This document shows, piece after piece, positions 47,135 through 56,907 of a DNA stretch of 64,000 nt. Position 1 is the first letter of the stretch, and each line of letters opens with the position of its first letter. The translations under genes and the position numbers were made by a program. This stretch comes from an uncultured Acidobacteriaceae bacterium (GTDB taxonomy: Bacteria > Acidobacteriota > Terriglobia > Terriglobales > Acidobacteriaceae), in contig CAVWAM010000001.1 in the NCBI GenBank assembly GCA_963753005.1, forward strand, positions 457,773 through 521,772, given 5' to 3'. The notes beneath the pieces are model-generated. The model saw only the letters and a program-made list of their open reading frames with translations. It made no database searches and was not told where the DNA came from.

Positions 47135-47929
47135 TTAGAGTACAGGGGGCCGCGCTGCGCTGTACAACCCGGCGATTCCGAACGTATACGGCTGCCATGC
47201 GCACTCCTGAAAGCCGGCCGACCGCATCATGGCGAGCATCTCGCCGGGCTGAGGAAAACTGCCGACGGAACTTGGCAGGTAATGATAGGGGCCATTCTGG
47301 CCGCAGATCATGCGCCCGATGGCGGGCAGTACGCGCCGGAAGTAGAGTGCATAGGCCTTTCCGGCAAGTCCCCCCGGTTCGCTGAACTCCAGGATCCCCA
47401 ACTGCCCTCCCGGCTTCAATGCGCGATGGAACTCCCTGAGACCCGCTTCATAGTTGGCCAGATTCCTGAAGCCGAAGGCTGTGACGATCAGATCGAGCGA
47501 TTCAGAGCGGAGCGGCAGATGCAGCGCATCCGCCTCCAGCGGAACGGCGTAAGGCGCTTCAGGCACGGGCGCGCGTTTCCCCGGTTTGCGAAACTCCGGC
47601 GGGCCAAACTTCTGCGCCCCACGGCGCAGCATGGCGGGCGCAAAATCGGCGGCGAGAACCGGCCGTGCGCCGCGCGGACGCAGCTTGAGCAGCGCCAGGG
47701 TCAAATCGCCCGTGCCGCAACAAATATCGAGGATCGCCGCATCGCGGCGGGCCAGAACTTGCTGGAACCTTCGCGCAGCTTTTCGCCACCACAGCCGGTC
47801 GACGTTGACCGAGAGGAGATGATTCAGCAAATCATAGCGGGGCGCGATGGAGTCGAACATTTGCCGCACGGCCAACGCCGCGCCGGCTTCGTCCGCCGCG
47901 CCCACGGGTCTGGCTCCCGTTGCGGGCAT
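47135..47929 (-). CDS. ubiE: Demethylmenaquinone/ubiquinone methyltransferase
   Basis: From ATG 47929. Contains MFDSIAPRYDLLNHLLS and the SAM motif ILDICCGTGD. Confidence 0.9.
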   Translation of the reverse strand: MPATGARPVGAADEAGAALAVRQMFDSIAPRYDLLNHLLSVNVDRLWWRKAARRFQQVLARRDAAILDICCGTGDLTLALLKLRPRGARPVLAADFAPAMLRRGAQKFGPPEFRKPGKRAPVPEAPYAVPLEADALHLPLRSESLDLIVTAFGFRNLANYEAGLREFHRALKPGGQLGILEFSEPGGLAGKAYALYFRRVLPAIGRMICGQNGPYHYLPSSVGSFPQPGEMLAMMRSAGFQECAWQPYTFGIAGLYSAARPPVL

Positions 47930-48085
47930 GTTTCCGATTTCCTCTTTGTGAACAAGGTGCCGCGAACAAGATACCGGCACACTTGCTCCTTTATGCTATC
48001 GCTTCCATCGCTTCGTGCGCCGGCGCGGTGGTTCGGCCGAGACCCTTCATGCCACGGCGAAAAGGGTATAGGCTGGAAGTTGCCG

Positions 48086-49123
48086 ATGGCTGCCCCTTCC
48101 CTTTCCGCATTCCCTGCGTTGACGCCGTTGCCGGCGCTCACAGATAGCTACGGGCGCGTAATTCACGATCTGCGTGTCTCCATCACCGACCGCTGTAACT
48201 ACAAATGCGTGTATTGCCGCACCGGCGAGGTGGGCGCCCAGTATCCAGAGCTGGGCATTGACGAATACTTGCGCCTGATCGGGCTTTTTGTGGGCCTGGG
48301 AATCAGGAAAGTGCGGATTACGGGAGGAGAGCCCCTGCTGCGGCGCGGGGTGGTGGAATTGGTGCGGGAGTTGGCGCGGCTGCGCACGCCTTCAGGCGAA
48401 CCGTTGGACCTGGCGCTCACCACCAACGGGCATCTGCTGGAATCGCTTGCCGCCCCCCTGAAAGCGGCGGGGCTGAACCGGGTGACGGTGAGCATGGACG
48501 CCGTGGATGCGGCCACCTTCGAGCGCATCACACGGGTCGAGGGAAGTTTTTCCGCCGTTCTCGCGAGCATTCGCGCTGCCCGCACTGCCGGATTGACGCC
48601 GCTTAAGATCAACTGCGTGCTGTTGCGCGGATTCAACGATGACCAGATCGAAGGATTTGCGCGGTTCGCGCGCGAAGAAAAGGTCGTCGTGCGGTTCATC
48701 GAGTTTATGCCGCTCGAGGAGGGCCGGCTTTGGTCGCCAGAGATCGTGGTGCCGCTGCGCGAGATTGTCGAGCGGATGGGCCGGGCCCTGCCGCTGGTGG
48801 AGCTGCCTGCCCGCGATGCCAGCGAAACGGCACGCCGTTACACATTTGCCGATGGCGTGGGCGAGATCGGCATTATCGCGCCGGTGAGCCTGGCTTTTTG
48901 CGGCGCCTGCAGCCGGGTGCGGCTCACCTCCGACGGGAAGATTCGCACCTGTTTGTTCTCGCAAGTGGAGCACGATCTCTACGGGCGATTGCGCGCGGGG
49001 GCCAGCGCTGAGGAACTGCGCGCTTACATTGTTCGTACGGTACAAGGGAAAGAAGCCCGGCATCACATCGGCGAGCCGGGATTCCTGAAACCGTCGCGTT
49101 CGATGGTTCATATCGGCGGTTGA
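48086..49123 (+). CDS. moaA: GTP 3',8-cyclase MoaA (radical SAM)
   Basis: The ORF 47000..49123 is spuriously extended; the real start is ATG 48086. Contains LRVSITDRCNYKCVYC, ITGGEPLLR and the C-terminal cluster CGACSRVRLTSDGKIRTCLF. Confidence 0.95.
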   Translation: MAAPSLSAFPALTPLPALTDSYGRVIHDLRVSITDRCNYKCVYCRTGEVGAQYPELGIDEYLRLIGLFVGLGIRKVRITGGEPLLRRGVVELVRELARLRTPSGEPLDLALTTNGHLLESLAAPLKAAGLNRVTVSMDAVDAATFERITRVEGSFSAVLASIRAARTAGLTPLKINCVLLRGFNDDQIEGFARFAREEKVVVRFIEFMPLEEGRLWSPEIVVPLREIVERMGRALPLVELPARDASETARRYTFADGVGEIGIIAPVSLAFCGACSRVRLTSDGKIRTCLFSQVEHDLYGRLRAGASAEELRAYIVRTVQGKEARHHIGEPGFLKPSRSMVHIGG

Positions 49124-49250
49124 GCAAGAGAACCACACCTTTTGTGGTTGCAGATGAACCTGCGGCCGGCGCGGGACAAATGGCCTGCAGCAGGTGTGAG
49201 CAAGTTTGTGTGACAGAATGGGGATAAGACTCCTCTAATAGGGCCTGAAC

Positions 49251-50273
49251 ATGCCAAATGAGACGGAAGGGCGCATCCCGCTCGCCGATCTGCTTGTGTT
49301 TCATCAACTCGCGCGATCGCTCACTTCGAGCTTCGACCTGGACACAATTTTGCGCACCATCCTGGAACAGATGGAACGGATGGTGGAGGCGGAACTGTGG
49401 GCGCTGCTGATGCTGGACGAGGCGAGCCAGGAACTCTACTATGCGATTGCCGCAGGCCAGGAGTCGGAGGCCCTGCGCGGCCTTCGGGTGAAAGTAGGAG
49501 AGGGTGTTGCGGGCTGGGTCGTGCAACACGGGGAGACGCTGATCGTACCTGAGGCCAGCGACGATCCGCGCATGAAGCAATCCGGCGTCCCCGGGGTACA
49601 CGCCGTGAGTTCCGCGATTGCCATGCCATTGCGTGGACGCAAGGGCACGCAAGGCGTGATCGAGATCTTCAATCCGCGCGCCGAAATGTCCGATTACAGC
49701 ATCGCATTCCTGCACATCCTGGCTGACCACGCAGCCATCGCAATCGAAAACGCGCGCGACGTGGCCCGCATTCAGCAATTGACCATCACCGATGACACTA
49801 CCGGACTCTATAATGTGCGCCACCTGTACGAAGTCCTGGACCGCGAGCTGAAACGGTGCAAAAAGCTTAAGCTGCCGTTAAGCCTGGCGTTTCTCGACCT
49901 GGACCGCTTCAAGCTGGTCAACGATGTCCATGGGCATCTGATCGGGAGCGAGTTGCTGGCTCATGTTGGACGCCGGCTCCAGGAGCTGAGCCGTAACCAG
50001 GACCGCTGTTTCCGTTACGGCGGCGACGAGTTCGTGATCCTGATGTTGGAGACTGGGGCCGGGGCCGCGTTGGAGCTGGCGAAGATTATGAATGGCGCGC
50101 TTATGGAGACGCAGTTCCGGATGAAGAATGGGCTCAAGCTGAAAGTAAGCGCCAGCGTGGGCCTGTCCTCCTCGCCCGACGACGGCACGGCAGTGCACGA
50201 GATCATCGGCACAGCCGACGCGCGCATGTATGCGGTCAAGAGCCACGTGCGTGGACAGGTGCGCGGGGCGTGA
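49251..50273 (+). CDS. GAF domain - GGDEF diguanylate cyclase
   Basis: 340 aa. An N-terminal GAF-like region, then TGLYNVRHL...LDLDRFKLVNDVHGH...RYGGDEFVILM. Confidence 0.9.
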   Translation: MPNETEGRIPLADLLVFHQLARSLTSSFDLDTILRTILEQMERMVEAELWALLMLDEASQELYYAIAAGQESEALRGLRVKVGEGVAGWVVQHGETLIVPEASDDPRMKQSGVPGVHAVSSAIAMPLRGRKGTQGVIEIFNPRAEMSDYSIAFLHILADHAAIAIENARDVARIQQLTITDDTTGLYNVRHLYEVLDRELKRCKKLKLPLSLAFLDLDRFKLVNDVHGHLIGSELLAHVGRRLQELSRNQDRCFRYGGDEFVILMLETGAGAALELAKIMNGALMETQFRMKNGLKLKVSASVGLSSSPDDGTAVHEIIGTADARMYAVKSHVRGQVRGA

Positions 50274-50460
50274 GCACCGCTTCAGCCCCTGCGTGACGCC
50301 GCATCGCCCGTCAACGCCGGCGCGCAATCCTTGCGGTCGCGCGCGTCCCAAAAAACGCCGTCCGGAGCCGAAAAGGGGCCAGTTTGGCGCACAAAATCGA
50401 CGAAATTTCACTAAATTTGATCACGATTTTGGAGAAGAGTTGTTGATTATAAACGAGTTA

Positions 50461-50475
50461 AGTGCAAATTGCACT
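50461..50475. promoter_or_regulatory. 15-bp palindrome AGTGCAAATTGCACT in an AT-rich island
   Basis: Perfect 7-bp arms. It lies in the strikingly AT-rich stretch at about 50395-50520, in the convergent gap between the GGDEF gene and gyrB. No adjacent gene explains it. Confidence 0.25.
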
Positions 50476-50530
50476 GAAATTGAGGCAGGAAAAAATTCTT
50501 TATTTAATTTCTCCTTTCAGAAGGCAGCAG

Positions 50531-50566
50531 GGTTGGCGGAGTTAGCGGGGTTGGCGGAGTTAGCGC
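50531..50566. repeat. 9-bp unit array (GGTTGGCGGAGTTAGCGG x2), reverse complement of the 6119/16975 family
   Basis: GGTTGGCGGAGTTAGCGGGGTTGGCGGAGTTAGCGC. Confidence 0.9.
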
Positions 50567-50665
50567 AAATCGCGACGCGAGTCTCGATTCGAATTGTTTC
50601 GGATGAATCCCCATACAACTTCAAGTGTAGCGATTTGGCGGAAATAATCGGCAAACTTGGAGAGG

Positions 50666-50698
50666 CAGGGACATAGGGACGTAGGGACCAGGGAAAGA
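50666..50698. repeat. TAGGGAC-type short tandem repeats
   Basis: CAGGGACATAGGGACGTAGGGACCAGGGAAAG. Nearly identical to the sense-strand sequence embedded in copA (reverse complement of 11634-11661). Confidence 0.9.
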
Positions 50699-50754
50699 AC
50701 GACTTACGGGAAGCCGGGCAAATTTATTTTGACTGCGGGGGCTTGACAAAAAAG

Positions 50755-50810
50755 CAGGGAACAGGGACCAGGGACCAGGGATCATGGGTCAGGGGTCAGG
50801 GATTGGGGGC
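50755..50810. repeat. Heptamer array CAGGGAA/CAGGGAC/CAGGGAT/CAGGGGT
   Basis: CAGGGAACAGGGACCAGGGACCAGGGATCATGGGTCAGGGGTCAGGGATTGGGGG. Same family as 8132-8190 and 55440-55477. Confidence 0.95.
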
Positions 50811-51059
50811 CGGGCGGGTCGCCAAGCTCGTGTGGGAAGTCGCCGATCTCGTGTGGAGATTGGATGGATCCAGGTAGAACGCCCTTTGCGGCTGCGATCC
50901 TCACACGACACCGGGCATGGATTCCGTGTGCAATGCCGACTTACCGGGAGTAATTTCTGTTGGCGAAGATTTGAGGTTTCCCAGGTCTCAGAAGCGAGAC
51001 CCTTCGACAGGCTCAGGGCAGGCTCTGGGGCACCCTAACATGGTCGGGAAGGTCGCTCG

Positions 51060-53908
<2,849 letters not shown>

Positions 53909-54053
53909 GGCGTGACGCTCGACCTGGATCAGGACCAACCGCCTAAAAAGAGAAGCCATCAAGTTGAAAAGAGAGGTCATCGGGCTCGCTCAACTAGTCC
54001 GATTTTATCATGCGGCGGCGGATGCTGCCGGAGGGGGTCGCCGGGTCAAAAGT

Positions 54054-54223
54054 GGTTACCAAAGGTACCATTTTCAGGCCGATGAAATGACGTTAGTAAC
54101 CAGTTACCAAAATATCTTTCTATCTTATTGAAAATAATGGACTTGTCTTCATTTTTGAGAGTACCGTTGGCCCCAAATGAGAGAGATTAACCTCTCAATC
54201 TCCTTTCCACGAGGTTACCAAAG
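54054..54223 (+). promoter_or_regulatory. Three copies of GTTACCAAA(G/A) in an AT-rich leader upstream of a small ORF
   Basis: GGTTACCAAAGG at 54054-54065, GTTACCAAAA at 54103-54112 and GGTTACCAAAG at 54213-54223, the last abutting the ATG. A fourth exact GTTACCAAAG lies at 28669-28678. Confidence 0.3.
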
Positions 54224-54427
54224 ATGAAAACTGCCATTCGCATGTTCGCCCTGTTCGTCGCTGTTGCGGGCCTCGTTTCAGCGTCGATTTCCCCAGCCTC
54301 CGGCAGAACCATCGCGATGCACCGTTCGATTCTCGTCGCCGACCCTGATCCGCAACCTCAGGTTCCGTTTCCTCCCCCCTGCCATGCTGTTGGGACGTGT
54401 TTCGCTCCCGACAGTTCAGCCCGGTAG
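54224..54427 (+). CDS. Small secreted Pro-rich peptide (hypothetical)
   Basis: 67 aa. Sec-type signal MKTAIRMFALFVAVAGLVSA, then a 47-aa Pro-rich mature part with one Cys pair (CHAVGTC). GAGG lies 8 nt upstream (54211-54214). No family recognised. Confidence 0.45.
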   Translation: MKTAIRMFALFVAVAGLVSASISPASGRTIAMHRSILVADPDPQPQVPFPPPCHAVGTCFAPDSSAR

Positions 54428-54553
54428 CTGAGGTTCCTGGTCAGAGTACTGAGTAGCACGAAAGTGCCAGCAGCGCGTTACCCTTTTGTGTTTGTACCCT
54501 AAGGCATAGAGGGGCTATTCTGTGAGCGCTCGAAGCATCGCGGAATAGCCTCT

Positions 54554-55435
54554 ATGCAGTTGAATCACGCAATGTGGGCGATGAATGTGGCCGAAGTTGT
54601 CCTTTGGGCCGCGCTCGCCATCGTTTTCTGGAGCAAGGGGCTGCACCGCCGCTTCCCGATGGTGTGTGCTTACCTCACGTTGCGCGCGGTTGCTACGCCG
54701 CTGCTCGTGTTCCTGCTCTATGAAGAAGCCCGGCCGTGGGGGCATGCCAATCATCTGGGACAAATCTACGCCCTCGTTTTCTTTGCGGTCTATTTTGCGA
54801 GCACGGCGCTGCTGTATTTCATTTGCATCGAGATCTTCCGCGCGGCGCTGGCGGCGTTTCCCGGTATCTCGAAGCTGGCGCTCGTGGTCTTCCGCTGGGC
54901 CGCCGTGGTCGCATTCATCGTGAGTCTGCCCGCGGTTTCCTACACGCAGAGGGGGCTGCTTCTCATCGCCGACATCGCCTATGGAATGATTCACTCCATC
55001 AGCGTGCTCGAGTTGTGCCTGCTGGCGTTTCTGTGCCTGAGCATGAATGCGCTGCGGATGACGGTGCGCGATTTGTCTTTTGGCATCGCCCTGGGCTTTG
55101 GCCTGATGTGCTCCGGCGACTTAATTCTCGTCTCATTCAGCCCCCGTCTTACTTCTTATAACGACCCCGTGGAGTTCCTTTACGAGGCGATGATCCTGGC
55201 TGCGCTGGCTGTCTGGATGACGTATTGCATCCTTCCGGAGCCAGCTCGCAAGCCGGTGCTGTTGCCTGCAAGCTCGACCATCTATCGCTGGAACGAAATC
55301 GCTTCGGCACTGGGCCATACGGGGACCAAGGTGGCCGTGCCGCTGCCTGCCGGCAACTTCTTCCTCTCGGACGTGGAGCGCGTGGTGGAAAAGGTGCTGG
55401 TCCGGAATATGAGGGGGCACGAAGCGGAGACGTAG
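54554..55435 (+). CDS. Hypothetical 7-TM membrane protein
   Basis: 293 aa. Seven hydrophobic helices by eye and a ~60-aa soluble tail. No catalytic or output motif recognised. Confidence 0.6.
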   Translation: MQLNHAMWAMNVAEVVLWAALAIVFWSKGLHRRFPMVCAYLTLRAVATPLLVFLLYEEARPWGHANHLGQIYALVFFAVYFASTALLYFICIEIFRAALAAFPGISKLALVVFRWAAVVAFIVSLPAVSYTQRGLLLIADIAYGMIHSISVLELCLLAFLCLSMNALRMTVRDLSFGIALGFGLMCSGDLILVSFSPRLTSYNDPVEFLYEAMILAALAVWMTYCILPEPARKPVLLPASSTIYRWNEIASALGHTGTKVAVPLPAGNFFLSDVERVVEKVLVRNMRGHEAET

Positions 55436-55439
55436 AAAG

Positions 55440-55477
55440 CAGGGAACAGGGAACAGGGAACAGGGATCAGGGAACAG
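55440..55477. repeat. Heptamer array (CAGGGAA)n
   Basis: CAGGGAACAGGGAACAGGGAACAGGGATCAGGGAACAG. It starts 4 nt after the stop codon of the 7-TM gene, and the G-rich strand is that gene's sense strand. Confidence 0.95.
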
Positions 55478-55484
55478 AACGACA

Positions 55485-55519
55485 AAAGGCCACGGCGATC
55501 GCCGCGGCCTTTGCATTTT
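55485..55519. terminator. Bidirectional-looking terminator hairpin between the 7-TM gene and rpmA
   Basis: AAAGGCCACGGCGATCGCCGCGGCCTTT (55485-55512) is a 13-bp stem with one mismatch, followed by GCATTTT on the plus strand. Confidence 0.55.
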
Positions 55520-55531
55520 GGATGAGGCCTT

Positions 55532-55577
55532 GCTATTCGGCTGTGACGGGATCGGCTATTCGGCTGTGACGGGATCG
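55532..55577. repeat. Perfect 23-bp tandem duplication spanning the rpmA stop codon
   Basis: GCTATTCGGCTGTGACGGGATCG occurs twice (55532-55554 and 55555-55577). The second copy encodes the last rpmA codons (DPVTAE*) and the first copy repeats them just downstream. Confidence 0.95.
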
Positions 55578-55819
55578 ATGGAAGCGAAGCGTCCGCGGCC
55601 GCCGCGGTCGGTGAACTTTACGCGGCCGGTGACCTTGGCGAAGAGGGTATCGTCGGAACCGATGCCCACATTGACGCCGGGTTTGATGCGGGTGCCGCGC
55701 TGGCGCATGATGATGGAACCGCCCGTGACCAACTGACCGGCAAATGCCTTCACGCCGAGCCGTTGCGCGTTTGAGTCGCGTCCGTTTGTGGAGCTGCCTC
55801 CACCTTTTTTGTGTGCCAT
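55556..55819 (-). CDS. rpmA: 50S ribosomal protein L27
   Basis: 87 aa. Starts [43 protein letters not shown]. Confidence 0.97.
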   Translation of the reverse strand: MAHKKGGGSSTNGRDSNAQRLGVKAFAGQLVTGGSIIMRQRGTRIKPGVNVGIGSDDTLFAKVTGRVKFTDRGGRGRFASIDPVTAE

Positions 55820-55840
55820 GGTTGAATCCCCTTTTAAGAA

Positions 55841-55945
55841 CAGCTAACAGCTTTCAGCCGTCAGCTCTCAGCCGTCAGCTCTCAGCCGTCAGCTCTCAGC
55901 TCTCAGCCGTCAGCTCTCAGCTCTCAGCCGTCAGCTCTCAGACAA
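55841..55945. repeat. 15-unit heptamer array (CAGCTCT / CAGCCGT) in the rplU-rpmA spacer
   Basis: CAGCTAA CAGCTTT CAGCCGT CAGCTCT CAGCCGT CAGCTCT CAGCCGT CAGCTCT CAGCTCT CAGCCGT CAGCTCT CAGCTCT CAGCCGT CAGCTCT CAGACAA. A short inverted partial copy (GGCTGAAAGCGGAAGGCTGAGAGC) lies at 55987-56010. Confidence 0.95.
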
Positions 55946-56020
55946 GTGAATGAGTCAGTCGAACCTCCCGGCCCTCGCAGCGAAATGGCTGAAAGCGGAA
56001 GGCTGAGAGCATAAAGCTAC

Positions 56021-56205
56021 AGCGTGTTTCAAAAATGGTTGCGTCGATTTTCGTTGTCAACCCTCAGGGGCTAAAGCCCGCGTATTTTCCTGCATTTTTC
56101 GGCCCGGCTAAAGCCGTGCCCTTGTTACAAAGCTCTCTGTCGCCGAGTTTTTCAGCAAGTTATAAAGCCGTGCCCTTGTTACAAAACGTATTTTTGAAAC
56201 ACGCT
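56021..56205. mobile_element. MITE-like 185-bp element with perfect 16-bp terminal inverted repeats
   Basis: AGCGTGTTTCAAAAAT (56021-56036) is the exact reverse complement of ATTTTTGAAACACGCT (56190-56205). Inside is a 23-bp perfect direct repeat, TAAAGCCGTGCCCTTGTTACAAA (56109-56131 and 56163-56185). No ORF. Confidence 0.7.
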
Positions 56206-56230
56206 CTAAAAACCTGCGTGAATCAGCGCG

Positions 56231-56560
56231 TTATTTCTTGTCCGCGCCGTAAGTGACGCCGTCGGCCTCGATGGTCTTGATGCGCACCTGGGTGAAGTTC
56301 TGCCGGTGCCCCTGCAGCTTCTTGTACTGCTTCTTGCGTTTGAAGTGGAAGACCAGAACCTTGTCGCCGCGGCCTTCGCCGAGAACTTCCGCCGTCACCT
56401 TGGCGGCGGCGGGCTTGACCAGAGTTCCGGGTTCCCCGGAAACGGCAAGCACGTCGCTGAACTCGATGGCCGGACTACCCGGCGCGACGCTCTCAATGTT
56501 CAACACGTCGCCTGGCGCAACACGGTACTGCTTGCCTCCGGTGCGAATGACTGCGTACAT
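56231..56560 (-). CDS. rplU: 50S ribosomal protein L21
   Basis: ORF 56231..56707 trimmed to ATG 56560, with GGAGG 7 nt upstream. Starts MYAVIRTGGKQYRVAPGDVLNIE... Confidence 0.95.
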   Translation of the reverse strand: MYAVIRTGGKQYRVAPGDVLNIESVAPGSPAIEFSDVLAVSGEPGTLVKPAAAKVTAEVLGEGRGDKVLVFHFKRKKQYKKLQGHRQNFTQVRIKTIEADGVTYGADKK

Positions 56561-56731
56561 AAAAAATCCTCCAGCGCCACGGCTCCCGGAACCAGGCGCA
56601 AAGCGCGAATCGTGTGCTCGACAGGGGCGGATACAGACGGGTAACTGCACCGGGCGCCGGGCCGTACCAAGGCCGAGAACCCGGCAACATCCCGCGCACC
56701 CTTTCACGCGGGTGCATCGCCAAACTCCTTG

Positions 56732-56761
56732 ATTTTATCGTCAAAGCGGAATTTGGGTCAA
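56732..56761 (-). promoter_or_regulatory. Candidate sigma70 promoter for rplU-rpmA
   Basis: The minus strand reads TTGACC (56761-56756), N18, TAAAAT (56737-56732). This would give a ~170-nt GC-rich leader before the rplU ATG. Confidence 0.3.
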
Positions 56762-56907
56762 TGTGCCGCGCCGGCAGGGAAATTGGCTCAAAGCGCGGAG
56801 GCGGCTTCCGGCGGGCACTCGTCGGGCAATCCCCAATGAGCTGGACGCAGGAGGAGATGCCAGAAAAGGAGGTACCAGGTTGATAGTTACACTGAGACGG
56901 GAGGTCT

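Noticed and set aside
47000-48085. Long N-terminal extension of the moaA ORF (707 aa in the track)
   Set aside because: The extension overlaps ubiE and the CDF gene on the opposite strand and has no MoaA similarity. The MoaA sequence proper begins at ATG 48086.
47981-48085. Possible Moco riboswitch upstream of moaA
   Set aside because: Only about 105 bp are available, shared with the divergent ubiE promoter. I could not recognise the conserved Moco-motif elements, so a covariance-model scan would be needed.
49131-49149. Hairpin AACCACA-ccttt-TGTGGTT after moaA as a terminator
   Set aside because: The stem is only 7 bp, AT-containing, and has no following T-tract. That is too weak to call.
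50230-50676. 148-aa plus ORF spanning the GGDEF 3' end, the AT-rich island and the 9-bp array
   Set aside because: It overlaps a confirmed gene out of frame and then runs through repeat and AT-rich DNA. It has no RBS and no coherent protein features.
55841-55945. Tandem arrays (also 8132-8190, 6119-6184 and others) as possible CRISPR arrays
   Set aside because: The periods are only 7-9 bp, there are no unique spacers, and no cas genes are present. These are microsatellite-like arrays, not CRISPR.
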